A stretch of DNA of 64,000 nt. Source: Candidatus Heimdallarchaeota archaeon (lineage in GTDB: Archaea; Asgardarchaeota; Heimdallarchaeia; Hodarchaeales; Hodarchaeaceae). Both the position numbers and the translations under genes were made by a program. This document shows, one piece after another, positions 11,561 through 22,629 of this stretch. A model generated the notes under the pieces. It was not told the DNA's origin. It did not search any database and saw only the letters and a program-made list of their open reading frames with translations. Positions within the stretch are counted from its first letter, which is position 1; every line of letters begins with the position of its first letter. Location of the stretch: positions 147,210 to 211,209 of the forward strand of contig RDOB01000005.1 in assembly GCA_011364965.1 (NCBI GenBank), given 5' to 3'.

Positions 11561-11836
11561 TTGGATCAAATAGAAGAAGCTGCTGTAAAAATCTTTAACG
11601 CGATCTTCAATAACCAAAAAACAATCGATTTGAATGGGGAATGCTATAGAATACAAAAAACGCGTACTGGGTTACGCAATGTGACCTTTAAAGGTATTTG
11701 GTTCATAGAACAAAATCCTAATAAAGATTCTTCAACAGCGAAACTTGCAAGGGAAGGGCATAAGCTTTTATGGGGCATTAAGGGGCGTACATATATCATC
11801 AAGGTTCTTGATGGAAAATATGAACGCCTTCACTAA
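11561..11836 (+). CDS. Small hypothetical protein
   Basis: Protein-like composition with FIEQNPNK..AKLAREGHK.LW; fits between neighbours. Confidence 0.65.
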   Translation: MDQIEEAAVKIFNAIFNNQKTIDLNGECYRIQKTRTGLRNVTFKGIWFIEQNPNKDSSTAKLAREGHKLLWGIKGRTYIIKVLDGKYERLH

Positions 11837-11854
11837 TTTGTTCCTCATTTCTAC

Positions 11855-12634
11855 CTATTTGCTCTCTGAAATTAGGCAAGATGGCAAAATAATGCAATAA
11901 CTATTGCCTTTCTCTTTTGAGGGGTATATTCCTAATTTTCCTCCATAGTATTCAGCAATCATATTAGCAAGAGTAATTTCAATATTTTGACCAAGATAAT
12001 CCCACTCTTCATCAGCTAAATTTGACATTAGTTTATCACAAATTTTCTTAGAAAATGGTTCATTTTGAGATTCTGAAATAGTTATAATAAAATAATTAAG
12101 ATTAGAGTCGCAAGGTCTAGCTGAAATGCGAATGAAATTACCTCCTGCATTTTCTATAAAAATAAGAATTTCGGATATTAAAATACAAAACAAATTATCT
12201 ACAGAAATTTCATGATTAAGAGAATCTGTGTCTAGAGTGATATATAACTCAAATTTTGGAACCAAGTCTTCAAATAATCCTAAGAGAGAGAATTTTTCAT
12301 TTTGTTTCTCAAATGTAGAGTGTTGAACATTATGAATCAAAGATAAAGTATTAATTTTTTTTGAAGCTCTTAAACAAAGCTTGATCGCTTTAGCAACAGT
12401 TTCATCTAGTATTGAATGATTCTCAGATTTTATTACTTCTAGAATGAGCATTAATTTTTGTAGGTCGTTACGTATGAAATGGGACTGAATTGTATAGTAG
12501 AACTCTGGTTCATCTCGAATTCTAGGAGATTTTCCTCCATTTTGTTTTTCAATTGTCTTAATTTTACCAGTTTGGTCTATCATACCCTCGAGATCCTCCA
12601 GTATACCAGTTGAGGCATTTAGGGTTTGATTCAA
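11855..12634 (-). CDS. Degenerate histidine-kinase-like protein (DHp plus eroded HATPase)
   Basis: H-box-like SHFIRNDLQ; C-terminal IAEYYGGKL...GNSYCIILP; N and G boxes lost. Confidence 0.6.
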   Translation of the reverse strand: MNQTLNASTGILEDLEGMIDQTGKIKTIEKQNGGKSPRIRDEPEFYYTIQSHFIRNDLQKLMLILEVIKSENHSILDETVAKAIKLCLRASKKINTLSLIHNVQHSTFEKQNEKFSLLGLFEDLVPKFELYITLDTDSLNHEISVDNLFCILISEILIFIENAGGNFIRISARPCDSNLNYFIITISESQNEPFSKKICDKLMSNLADEEWDYLGQNIEITLANMIAEYYGGKLGIYPSKEKGNSYCIILPSCLISESK

Positions 12635-12878
12635 GTGGATAGATTGAAAAGCTATGATTATTTTAGAAAACCTTATAAAGCCTGTTCGATCTATTCTCTA
12701 TTCGATCGAATGGATCCTTTTTAGAATAGATTTAAAATCGTTTGGAATCTGGCCGTTCGGTTTCCTGTGGTATGAGACGGAATGTACTATGTTAAAAGGT
12801 CTTCTCGGAAGAAAACGCTCTTTCTCATCCCAAATCTTATTAGAAAATCTAATTTAATTTGAATGGAAAGGGAATGAT

Positions 12879-13637
12879 ATGTCTGAAAAAGATGTATTTC
12901 AACCATCAATCGGAGAATTACTAGCAAGTTATGAATGGGGGCAAGTTTTCCAACACGAAACTCGTGTTGCTATACTCATGTATCTCAGAATGAATAAACA
13001 GTTAAGTTTTCAGGAGCTAGTCCAATTATTAGAAAAAAGCCCTTCAACTGTTCATCATCATCTCCAAATATTAATAAAAGGTGGAATTGTGAGAGAAATC
13101 ACTGAAGCTGAACCACATAAGCAGTTTGAACCCAAACATTATGAATTAACAAGACATCCATTCCCAGCATACAGTTTTCATAATATTCATGAATTACCGA
13201 GTGAATATCAACGTGATGCTTTCCTAATAACTACCAAATTGCACCAAATTTCATTATTATTTCTATACCAAGCAGCAGACTTGTTTAAAAAGTACTTAGA
13301 CAGTATTGAAAAAGAATTGCTGACAAATAAAAATCTAGATCCAAATAAACTAAAAAAAATTTGGACTGAATCCTTGATACCTTCAGCTGAAAAAATCTCA
13401 GAAATACCTTTCAAGGAGATTTTTTATTTTGGTACTCAGGTTAGCGATTTAGTATATTCTCAATATCGGGCAGAATTGGAGCGATTTCATGAGAAATTGG
13501 TTAAAATGATTCGAAAAGAACAAGAAAGTCATGAAAATATTCCTAAACCATTTTTTATCTTTCATATTGCTGCTCCACTAGGTAAACCTTATCAAAGTGA
13601 TCATAAATTAGACTATGATCTCAAAGGGATGGAGTGA
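12879..13637 (+). CDS. ArsR-like winged-helix transcription regulator
   Basis: HETRVAILMYL...LSFQELVQLLEKSPSTVHHHLQILIKGGIV. Confidence 0.85.
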   Translation: MSEKDVFQPSIGELLASYEWGQVFQHETRVAILMYLRMNKQLSFQELVQLLEKSPSTVHHHLQILIKGGIVREITEAEPHKQFEPKHYELTRHPFPAYSFHNIHELPSEYQRDAFLITTKLHQISLLFLYQAADLFKKYLDSIEKELLTNKNLDPNKLKKIWTESLIPSAEKISEIPFKEIFYFGTQVSDLVYSQYRAELERFHEKLVKMIRKEQESHENIPKPFFIFHIAAPLGKPYQSDHKLDYDLKGME

Positions 13638-13696
13638 AAACAACTATTGAAATATCACGTATTGAAAATTATATCACGTGATTCCTAGGGTTTTTT

Positions 13697-14380
13697 CTAC
13701 CATATTCGTGGAATTATACGATACTTTACTTTTCTCATGTATTCTTTATACCCTTTAAGTTCTTGGATTAATATTCTTTCTTCAAATAAGATTCTTGGAA
13801 TGAAGCAAATAAGAAATAATAATGCAGGTACGAGAGCAATTATAGATCCAAGCGCTATAGGTAGACTCAATACAAAAAAGACGTTACCCAAATACATTGG
13901 ATGCCGAACAAATGCATATGGACCAGTTGAAATGACGCGTTGTTGTTCTTGAATCTCCACGATTCGTGATAAAAAAGAATTTTCTTTCATTACAAGCATG
14001 TAGATAAGCAATGAGCAAACAAACGCAGCAAACCCGAGGTATTTAAATAAAGGTACAACCAAAGGAGCTATCCATTGGTACCGACACACATCAAAAGCGG
14101 TAACGATAAACATGATAATGAAGAAAAATCCCGCTAGGAAAAGGAATAATGCATCCAAACTTAAAACAGGTTTATAATGCTGTCTAGATTGAAGAGTAGT
14201 AGGATTATCCCTGAAGATAAGGAAATATAGAGCTATTCCATAGGTAAAAAGAATAATTATGATTACTCAAGCCTCAGGCCAATTAAATGTATCAACTGGG
14301 ATGAATAGTAATAAAGAGAACACAATAAAACCTACAATTATTCTACTAAACATTGTTACTAGGAAATTTAATTCAACCAT
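13697..14380 (-). pseudogene. Isoprenylcysteine carboxyl methyltransferase (ICMT/PEMT)-family gene with one in-frame TGA
   Basis: Frame from ATG 14380 reads ...DTFNWPEA*VIIII... (TGA 14269-14267), then continues into TGPYAFVRHPMY and EE..L. Confidence 0.8.
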
Positions 14381-14544
14381 CCCCTATTTAATCCCTTATT
14401 ATTTTAAAACCTTACTCTTGTGATATAATTTAAAAAATACAGCCAATTGAGAATTATGTCCGACACCATAAAAAGGTTAAAAATTATGGTTATTTGTCAT
14501 CTTGTTACTTATTTTAATGAACGTGGATTTTTTGTGGTGATAGA

Positions 14545-15522
14545 ATGAATAGGTTTCCTAAACTTGAATATGAAGAATTAATCCAAGGAAAAAGAATTTG
14601 GCATGCAGATGGTCGTGGGAAAAGACCCGAACACATTGCGTATCGTGAATCTTATAGAGCAACCTATCAAGGATCATACACTAAAGGCAAATTATTAGCT
14701 TGGGATGGCTTAACTAGCAATAAACCAGGAATGGTAAGTAATGATCCAGAGAGAGGCTTTGTGTTAACAATGCGAGCAGGTGACGCAGAAGCTGGATCAT
14801 ATACGACACGTGATATTGCGAGCGCTGGACATGGCATCGACTATCAACCTCATTTTAAAGATTGGGAAGAGGATAAAACTGCCCATCCGAATCTAGTAAT
14901 GCCTGGAAGAACTGTTTTATGGAAAAGTGTGCGATTTGATCTTCTAAATCTAGGAAATGAATTATTGGGAACCGCGGGGGCAATTATACAGGACTGGATG
15001 GGAATAGATTTTGAAACAATGGAAAATTATGGAAATACAGCAATGTCACAATACACCGGAGGAGGCTTTGTTATATTCAACCCAAAAGCTGCTTTTCCTC
15101 GGATGGCCCGCGTTATAGCAAAATTCCAACGAGGTCGACCATTTGGTAAACCTATACGTTCTGGATTGGCACCGTTGAATGTTATGTTTGCTCGGGTTAA
15201 AGGATATATGAAAACATCGGTGTTGTATATTGATCCTGATATTCCACATGAGTTGGCATGTCATTGGAGTTTAAATGGGCAAGAAATTAGCTTTTGGTGT
15301 GATGGGGAGAATGTTCTGAATGTGAGGCAAGGAACATGGGCTATTCCAATCGGATTGCGCACAAAAGCTAAAGTTGGTTTTCATAAGTGTGGGTTTCATG
15401 TAGACTGCTGGCAAGATAACGGTACTGGCAGTACTGATGTACAGGGCGCAGCTGGTCACTCTAATATCGATCAGGTGTATACTATCGAAAGTTTGAGTAT
15501 AATTAGTAGTGATACTCATTGA
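14545..15522 (+). CDS. Hypothetical protein, possible ConA/GH16-like beta-sandwich
   Basis: PHELACHWSLNGQEISFWCDGENV resembles the H.Y..W....I.F.vDG..V pattern; no ExDxxE. Confidence 0.4.
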   Translation: MNRFPKLEYEELIQGKRIWHADGRGKRPEHIAYRESYRATYQGSYTKGKLLAWDGLTSNKPGMVSNDPERGFVLTMRAGDAEAGSYTTRDIASAGHGIDYQPHFKDWEEDKTAHPNLVMPGRTVLWKSVRFDLLNLGNELLGTAGAIIQDWMGIDFETMENYGNTAMSQYTGGGFVIFNPKAAFPRMARVIAKFQRGRPFGKPIRSGLAPLNVMFARVKGYMKTSVLYIDPDIPHELACHWSLNGQEISFWCDGENVLNVRQGTWAIPIGLRTKAKVGFHKCGFHVDCWQDNGTGSTDVQGAAGHSNIDQVYTIESLSIISSDTH

Positions 15523-15625
15523 ATACTATGAAAGCATAATTAAACCAAAATCTCTATTCGAATAGTCCCCCCTGAAATTCAGCACACTAATTTACTCTAG
15601 ATATTAAAAATAGGAATCCATTCAA

Positions 15626-15862
15626 TCATAATAACATAACTCCAGACATCAAAAGATAAACTCCTACACCTGCATTGAGTAAGAGAACACCACCAATAAT
15701 GATTATCATACCTAGTGCTAAAGCCAGTAACCCATTTCGTCTGTTAGATTTTCTAGCTTGAGTTTTATGTTTTTCCAAATTTTTCATTGTGTTTTGTGCT
15801 GCACGATCTGCAATTTCCTTTATTTCTTCATCTGACAACAGTATTAGCTTTTCATCACCCAA
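15626..15862 (-). CDS. Small membrane protein
   Basis: Charged N-terminal helix followed by a C-terminal hydrophobic segment. Confidence 0.55.
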   Translation of the reverse strand: MGDEKLILLSDEEIKEIADRAAQNTMKNLEKHKTQARKSNRRNGLLALALGMIIIIGGVLLLNAGVGVYLLMSGVMLL

Positions 15863-16045
15863 AACCAGTTGATGGATTTTAGTGTAAGATTATTTACCTC
15901 TTTAAGAATTTCTGGAATTTCAGTTAATAGACTAAATGAATATAGGAGTGTAAATTTTGATTTGGGGGAGTAATTTACCAAACAAAAGTATTAAAATGGC
16001 AAATATTCAGTGTTGAGAACGTAATTATTTGAGTTGAATATATAA

Positions 16046-16555
16046 ATGACAGTAATATGCTATAGTCCAATTGGGAGAATTAGTACTTCCTTTCTACAAT
16101 CAGAAGGGACTCCAATACAGGCATCCGCAGCTAGAAACCAAAAAGGTATTATAAAGCTCCGAGAAGAGTACCTAAGCTGTCTTAAGGATATAGAAGGATT
16201 CTCACACCTCATTCTGATATATCACTTCCATCAGGCTGGAGAATGGCGACCTTTTGTGAAACCATTTTTAGATACTGAAACACGAGGTTTATTTGCAACT
16301 CGTGCTCCCTCTAGACCGAATTCTATTGGAATTTCTATCGTTAAATTGGATCGAATAGAGAATAATAAGATCTACTTTTGGGGAGTGGATATATTAGATG
16401 AAACACCTCTCCTTGATATTAAGCCATATATTCCCCAGTTCGATATTAATTTGGATGAATCGGTAAGAATTGGCTGGTTAACAGATCATTTATCAAAACT
16501 AAACTCTGCTGCAGACAATGGGAGATTTCAACATACTTCGGAGGTAATTAAATGA
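16046..16555 (+). CDS. tsaA: tRNA (N6-threonylcarbamoyladenosine37-N6)-methyltransferase TrmO/TsaA-like
   Basis: GLFATRAPSRPNSIGIS; GVDILDETPLLDIKPY. Confidence 0.92.
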   Translation: MTVICYSPIGRISTSFLQSEGTPIQASAARNQKGIIKLREEYLSCLKDIEGFSHLILIYHFHQAGEWRPFVKPFLDTETRGLFATRAPSRPNSIGISIVKLDRIENNKIYFWGVDILDETPLLDIKPYIPQFDINLDESVRIGWLTDHLSKLNSAADNGRFQHTSEVIK

Positions 16556-17490
16556 CAAATGAGGAGAAAGAAGATAACAAAAGAATCTCAACTAGGGGAG
16601 TTCGTTTTTATGAATTATATCACTATTTTAAGTATGCTATTGACGCTGAACGGCCAAATCTCCGATTTAAACCATTGATCTTCTGTTTAATATTCTTATT
16701 AATGCTTTTGAATTTTATACTCCTAACTATACCTCAAAAACTAATTTCGAGGATATTAGATATGGCCTTTGTGGAAGTTAATGGGAATACGGTGGGAGGA
16801 TTTATGATTGTTAACAAATTGAAGAGTCATGGATATTACCACTTTGGAGGATTTTTCATTCGGTCAAAATATCAGGGAAAAGGCTATGGTAATCAAGTTA
16901 TGACCTTAATTATCGAAGGTTATGGTCATTCGAAGATTTCATTAGCAGTTGACGGAAACAATGACCGAGCCATTCATTTATATAAAAAATATGGCTTTAA
17001 AATAAGCGAAAGTAGCCAAAAATACCAAATTTCCCTTCCATTGAAAGGGGAAATTCCTGAAAATTTACCTGAGGGTATTGATATTAGTACGCTATCCGAA
17101 GATTTTCTTGATGAATTAGTGGGAAGAAGTGAGGATCTTCATTCTCTGCTAAATATCGACTCATTTTACAAGGATTTTGAAGAATATCAAAAGAAAAAAC
17201 GGTTCACAAATAAACAGATTCTCTTACTACGATATAAAGGACAAATTGCAGGGCTTAGCAGGGTAAAATGGAAAACAATAAAGAATAAAGCTGAATTTAA
17301 TACTGCTTTTGCAGAAAAACATGTTGATCTCTTTCCTTATCTATTACAGCGAAGTATTATTCTTGCCATGAACCAAGGAGCAGCAAAACTCGAATGGAAT
17401 CGTTGTACGCAAAATGAATTTCTCTATAAATACATGAAACCATTTTTAGATCAACCAGTTAAGTACGACCTAACCATGGAAAGACTTTGA
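16552..17490 (+). CDS. GNAT acetyltransferase
   Basis: YQGKGYG, LAVDGNNDRAIHLYKKYGF; overlaps tsaA (ATGA). Confidence 0.8.
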   Translation: MTNEEKEDNKRISTRGVRFYELYHYFKYAIDAERPNLRFKPLIFCLIFLLMLLNFILLTIPQKLISRILDMAFVEVNGNTVGGFMIVNKLKSHGYYHFGGFFIRSKYQGKGYGNQVMTLIIEGYGHSKISLAVDGNNDRAIHLYKKYGFKISESSQKYQISLPLKGEIPENLPEGIDISTLSEDFLDELVGRSEDLHSLLNIDSFYKDFEEYQKKKRFTNKQILLLRYKGQIAGLSRVKWKTIKNKAEFNTAFAEKHVDLFPYLLQRSIILAMNQGAAKLEWNRCTQNEFLYKYMKPFLDQPVKYDLTMERL

Positions 17491-17499
17491 AGACAATTC

Positions 17500-18282
17500 C
17501 TAGAGATAACCCTGAAAAAATTGGGTAATTTCGTTGAAAAGAAGATCTTTGTCAAAATCAACAGTTGCTAGATGGTTAGAGTTCTCAAGCCAAAGTAATT
17601 TCTTCTGGGAGGAGGAAACATGTTCATAGATATAAGATGCGTTCGAAGGATGAACATAAGTATCTTTTATACCATGAGAAATCAAAATTGGTAACGAGAT
17701 ATTTGGGAGTTCTTTGTTCTTCAGATCTTTCAGGAAACTCAAAAGACTTGCCACTGTTGGAATAACAAATTTATCATATCGCTTAATGTTCTCTAAAAAA
17801 ATAGGGTCAGTCCAGATTTCTTTATCCATAGTTAAAATTTCCATTGGATATGGGAAGTATTTGATGCGAAGAAGTCTTACCAGAGGTAGCAACCAAAGCA
17901 GCTTCTGGGTTAAAAACACAGGAGCAGCAATAGGAGCTATTGCAGTAATATCAGCAGCATGTTTCACTCCAGTATATAGACTGAAAGCTCCTCCAATAGA
18001 GAGACCAGCCATAAAAATATGGTTTGGATCGAATTTTTCATTAATTAAACTAATAGTATATTCAATCTGGGAATACCAGTCAGGCCAACGGGTTTCTAAA
18101 AATTCTGTCCGATTTTTACCATGGCCCACCAATAATGGTGCAAGAACATGAAAACCATTATTTGCAAGGTATTGCCCGAGTTCCCGTAGCTCATATGGAT
18201 TTCCAGTATAACCGTGTGAAAGGATAACAAATTCCTTCCCTTCTCCAAATTCAAATGGTTTAGTTGCTAGGTCATAATCCAT
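17500..18282 (-). CDS. Carboxylesterase/monoglyceride lipase-like alpha/beta hydrolase
   Basis: HGYTG, GLSIGG, HGIKDTYV, NSNH. Confidence 0.9.
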   Translation of the reverse strand: MDYDLATKPFEFGEGKEFVILSHGYTGNPYELRELGQYLANNGFHVLAPLLVGHGKNRTEFLETRWPDWYSQIEYTISLINEKFDPNHIFMAGLSIGGAFSLYTGVKHAADITAIAPIAAPVFLTQKLLWLLPLVRLLRIKYFPYPMEILTMDKEIWTDPIFLENIKRYDKFVIPTVASLLSFLKDLKNKELPNISLPILISHGIKDTYVHPSNASYIYEHVSSSQKKLLWLENSNHLATVDFDKDLLFNEITQFFQGYL

Positions 18283-18429
18283 TTAAACATTCCAACATCC
18301 AAATAATTAATAGTTCAGCTGAAAAAATTAATTAATGTATAATGATTTCTCTTTTAAGAATAATCATAAAACAATAATAAAAGGAATTTTCTTCTATAAT
18401 ATGAAGAATTAAATGCTTTAAATCCTGTT

Positions 18430-19485
18430 TTGGAGAACTTAACTATGGAGAAAGTAATAAATCGGCAGTGGCGTTTAGTAAACCATCCTATAGGTTTGGT
18501 AAACGAGTCAGATTTTGAATGGATTGAAGAGGAGGTCGAATACAAACTTCAAGAGGGAGAAATTCTTGTTAGAAATCTCTATCTATCGATAGATCCTGCG
18601 AACAGATCATGGATTGCAGCTTCATCCAAATCCCATTATACAGAACCCGTTAAATTAGGGGAAATAATGCGAGGGATAACTATTGGACGCATACTTGAAA
18701 GTAAAAACTCCAAGTTTGATCAAGGTGAATATGTAATGGGATTAACAGGCTGGCAAGACTACACATTAAGTAATGGCTCAGGATTAACTAACATCAGTCT
18801 TCTACCAAAACCAGAAGGAGTATCGTTAACAATTTATCTTAGTGTATTTGGAATGATAGGATTAACCGCTTATTTTGGCCTTTTGGAAATCGGGAAGCCT
18901 AAAGAGGGGGAAACATTAGTTGTATCCGCAGCAGCGGGAGCAGTTGGTTCATTAGTCGGACAAATCGGACAAATCAAAGGATGTCGTGTAATCGGTATCG
19001 CAGGAACGGACGAAAAATGTCAATGGATAACCAAAGAGTTAGGATTTGACGAGGCAATTAACTACAAAACCGAAAATGTTCGGAAAAGATTAGAAGAACT
19101 CTGTCCTAATGGAATTGACATTTACTTTGACAATGTAGGAGGAGAGATTCTTGATGCCGCATTAGCCAATATCGCAGTTTTTGGCCGCATTCCAGTGTGT
19201 GGAATGATTTCCAAATATATTCAAACTGAACTTCAAGCTGGCCCTAAGTATATCGTCAATATTAATTCTAGGCGAGTTAGAATGCAGGGTTTTATTATTA
19301 GTGATTACTTGGATCGCAAAGTGGAAGGTATACTTGAGCTCATGACTTGGTACAATGAAGGGAAGATAAAATACCGGGAACATATTGTTGAGGGGATAGA
19401 AAATGCTCCTCTCGCCCTCAATATGTTGTTTGATGGATCAAATAAAGGTAAATTGATCTGTAAAATAGCTAATGAATCCATATGA
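18430..19485 (+). CDS. NADP-dependent oxidoreductase (prostaglandin reductase/CurA-like MDR)
   Basis: YLSIDP, AAAGAVGSLVGQIG, GIDIYFDNVGG, G.NKGKL. Confidence 0.95.
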   Translation: MENLTMEKVINRQWRLVNHPIGLVNESDFEWIEEEVEYKLQEGEILVRNLYLSIDPANRSWIAASSKSHYTEPVKLGEIMRGITIGRILESKNSKFDQGEYVMGLTGWQDYTLSNGSGLTNISLLPKPEGVSLTIYLSVFGMIGLTAYFGLLEIGKPKEGETLVVSAAAGAVGSLVGQIGQIKGCRVIGIAGTDEKCQWITKELGFDEAINYKTENVRKRLEELCPNGIDIYFDNVGGEILDAALANIAVFGRIPVCGMISKYIQTELQAGPKYIVNINSRRVRMQGFIISDYLDRKVEGILELMTWYNEGKIKYREHIVEGIENAPLALNMLFDGSNKGKLICKIANESI

Positions 19486-19619
19486 CAATTGAAAATCTAT
19501 CTATGGCCATTATTTATAAAACTAAGGAGTTTCATTGTCTTCATAATCAGTTAATTACCTGAATTTAATCACTCCATTTTGCTTTTAACACCTGAGTAAA
19601 TTCCTTCGTTTCACCCCCT

Positions 19620-20972
19620 ATGAGCCAAACAGAAAGTAATGACGAAAATCTATTGAATAACCACTTTCCTAGACTGACTTATGTACTTGGACTAGGAAAT
19701 TATATTGGTTCAGTATTGTTTGACAATCTATATCAATTTCTTGCGATTATGCTAGGTGCTACGGGCATTATTCAGGGTTTTTTGACTTCTTTTCGTCAAT
19801 TAGGGGCAGCTCTATTTAATCCTCTTTGGGGTTATCTCGCTGATAAATTTGATAGAAGATTGTTTTTGTTCGGGGGAAATTCAGTGTTATTTCTTGTTTC
19901 CTTCATCATTCCATATTCTCCTACCCCTCTAATTGTCTTAATTTTGCTAATATTTCAAACTATCTTAGGATTGGTCGTCGTTGGTCCTGCTTGGTCTGCC
20001 TATCTTGCAGATTTTACCACTTCCAGAACTAGAGGGACAGTGCTAGGACGAATCAGTTCATTTATCACATTAATAGGAAATTTTATATTATTGATAACAA
20101 CCTTTTTCATGGATCTTATGGATCCTACACGCCAAAATATCCGAACATTAACCTTTCCGTTTTTTATTAGCTCATTTGGGTATGCTTTTGCAATGATTCT
20201 CACGGTTTTTTTACCCAAGAGTCGAAAAATTTTAAAAGAGGAAAATCGACTAATTAAAAGAGAATTAAGTTGGAAAGAATTCATAAGACAATTACCCCCT
20301 CCTCTGAGAAAATTCTTGGTTGCAGATTTCATATTTACTTTGGCTTGGGGTGCAGCGTGGCCGCTTTTTCCTTATGTCACATTTGGACTTTCTCACAATT
20401 GGTTTGAAATTGGTGTTTTAGCATTCTCAATGGGTATTACGGTAGCAATTAGTCAAAATATTGGTGGTTGGCTAACAGATCAAATAGGACGTAAGAAAGT
20501 CATACTGGGTTCACGTGGAGCTTTAATTCTTCCTCCATTTTTTGTAATAGTTGCAATACTGACAAATGAAGTCTCCTGGATCCTTGTTACTAATATCATC
20601 ATTGGCTTTTTTTTGGGGGGCTCTACTATTGCCATCCAAACATTGATCTTTGATATTGCAGAATTAACTCCTGAAAATAGCAATCGAAAAGCAACTTATA
20701 TCTCATTGGTAGGATTGATGGGTGGAATAAGTGCTTTTATTGGTTCAAGCATCACAGGGTTAATTCTACAGATTCTGAGTGGGTCTCAACGACCGGATTT
20801 AGAGTTAATTGGAGCTCTTATGTTCATAGTGTTTTTATGTCGATTTGCCCTTTGGTTCGGCTATTTTACCATAGAGGATCCCATTGCTTTTCAAAAAGGT
20901 ACAGCTTCTAATCCCCTCCTTTCCATTGTTAGTTTTGTGAGAGGGAAATTCAATCTATTTCCGCGTAAATAG
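19620..20972 (+). CDS. MFS transporter
   Basis: Motif A GYLADKFDRR and GWLTDQIGRKK; about 12 TMs. Confidence 0.9.
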   Translation: MSQTESNDENLLNNHFPRLTYVLGLGNYIGSVLFDNLYQFLAIMLGATGIIQGFLTSFRQLGAALFNPLWGYLADKFDRRLFLFGGNSVLFLVSFIIPYSPTPLIVLILLIFQTILGLVVVGPAWSAYLADFTTSRTRGTVLGRISSFITLIGNFILLITTFFMDLMDPTRQNIRTLTFPFFISSFGYAFAMILTVFLPKSRKILKEENRLIKRELSWKEFIRQLPPPLRKFLVADFIFTLAWGAAWPLFPYVTFGLSHNWFEIGVLAFSMGITVAISQNIGGWLTDQIGRKKVILGSRGALILPPFFVIVAILTNEVSWILVTNIIIGFFLGGSTIAIQTLIFDIAELTPENSNRKATYISLVGLMGGISAFIGSSITGLILQILSGSQRPDLELIGALMFIVFLCRFALWFGYFTIEDPIAFQKGTASNPLLSIVSFVRGKFNLFPRK

Positions 20973-21260
20973 AAATTCTTGCCTCTCCTTTGATATTATC
21001 TATATAAATCCCCCTTTTTAGCACAATCATGCTTGATACTGGTTCTTGGAAGAACAGGCAGATTTCAGTATAAATTTCGAAACAATAACAATACAGATAG
21101 CATCGAGTGAGTATATGCGTGTAAAAGATTAAGTAGATTTTTTAGAGAATCAGTAAGATAGCTGATTCATCAAGGACTTAGAAAAGAACAATTATTAAAT
21201 TGTAAAGTACAAGAAAGTATAAGGAATTTAAAATTATTAAAAGTTAGAGGTGGGACAAAT

Positions 21261-21920
21261 ATGGCTGTTCCAACCATATTAAGTTATTCACCTACATCAT
21301 TTGATTATGCTCTTGTAAATGTCGTCCGAATAACCGTAATAGTCCAAGCCATACTTTTTCATGGATTTTTAATTTGGTACATGTATCAAGAAACCCAGAA
21401 GAGAGGGAATCCCATTCCGTGGGTATTACTGGTTTTTTTCTCAAATCTTTTAGGTATAATCGTTTACTTCTCTATTGCAAAGGATAAGATAGACCCAAAA
21501 ACACGAATTGCATCCGCTCTTTGGTTATTTACTGCATTTCTCCTTATAGTCCGTGGTGGTTTACTACTCATTGAAAGTTCCTCCGTTATCATGGGATTCA
21601 TGGGAAGTTTTTTCTTTCTAATTATGTTATTACCCATAATTCTCTTCATAGAAACATCAGGGATTTTCGCTCTTTATATTGGGTTTCAAGTGATTAAAGG
21701 CTTTTTGGATAGTTCTGAAATCCTAAATAGTTATATTCTTGTAGGATTGGGATTGGGGTCATTTCTCTCTCTAATTCTGTCTTTTGGTATAAGGAAAGAA
21801 ATTAACGTCATTCCATATATTGCATTTATTATATTTCTCGGTATCTGGTATATTATAATAGTCTATGCGTGTAGAATTCGGAAGCCAATCCAACTTCAAA
21901 ACCATCCGTACGGAAACTAA
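21261..21920 (+). CDS. Membrane protein with PLDc_N-like segment
   Basis: WMYxExxKRG.P..WVLLVFF..LLGIIVYF-like pattern plus further TMs. Confidence 0.6.
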   Translation: MAVPTILSYSPTSFDYALVNVVRITVIVQAILFHGFLIWYMYQETQKRGNPIPWVLLVFFSNLLGIIVYFSIAKDKIDPKTRIASALWLFTAFLLIVRGGLLLIESSSVIMGFMGSFFFLIMLLPIILFIETSGIFALYIGFQVIKGFLDSSEILNSYILVGLGLGSFLSLILSFGIRKEINVIPYIAFIIFLGIWYIIIVYACRIRKPIQLQNHPYGN

Positions 21921-21924
21921 GTCT

Positions 21925-22629
21925 ATGGAAAATAGAAAACAGATAATGCAAAAATGTCAGCAGGGAGCATTCATTTTTGGCATAATAGCAACTAGTTTAT
22001 TTGTTATCTTCTCAATTATTGCTATGACGTTCTATCCAGGAGGGTATGCGTTTTTCAGCGATCCTCTCAGCCAACTAGGATTTACCCAAATTGAAGGGAA
22101 CTCTAATTTTCTTTCAAGTACTTTATTCAATTCCAGTATGTTCCTAGTTGGTATAGCAGTGGCCTTGATATTTCTAAGTATGCTTCCTTTTTTCAGTAAG
22201 ACTCTTATAGAGAAATGGTTTAGTATAACAGGTTCAATTTTCGCTGTTTTTTCAGGAATTGCATTATGTGGCGCAGCACTTACTCCAGGGGATATTAATT
22301 TCGAAGCACATGTGAAATTTGCTCCATTTACATTTTTATTTGGTATCCTAATGGTAGTTTGTTTTGCAATTTCCATGATTGTTAATAAAAACTATCCTAG
22401 AAGGTATACCTTCATAACAATCCTCTATGTGCTGATAATGATTAGCTTTTTGACATTCTTGATCATTGGCCCATCCTATGATACCCCTGAAGGAGCAGCG
22501 TTTCAAATAACCACTCAGAAGATAGCAATCTATTCTGAAATGATAACATTATTTCTTTTGTCTTATGGAGGATTCAAATATAGTCAATCTAGACTTCCCA
22601 ATATACCAAGAAAGGAAAATTTCCTCTAA
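21925..22629 (+). CDS. DUF998-like membrane protein
   Basis: YPGGYAFFSDPLSQLG, P.D.N...H, QK motifs; probable start ATG 21925. Confidence 0.7.
   Translation: MENRKQIMQKCQQGAFIFGIIATSLFVIFSIIAMTFYPGGYAFFSDPLSQLGFTQIEGNSNFLSSTLFNSSMFLVGIAVALIFLSMLPFFSKTLIEKWFSITGSIFAVFSGIALCGAALTPGDINFEAHVKFAPFTFLFGILMVVCFAISMIVNKNYPRRYTFITILYVLIMISFLTFLIIGPSYDTPEGAAFQITTQKIAIYSEMITLFLLSYGGFKYSQSRLPNIPRKENFL

Noticed and set aside
10649-11656. N-terminal 60-aa extension of the hydrolase
   Set aside because: It overlaps the divergent gene 11561-11836; ATG 11476 gives a normal-length protein.
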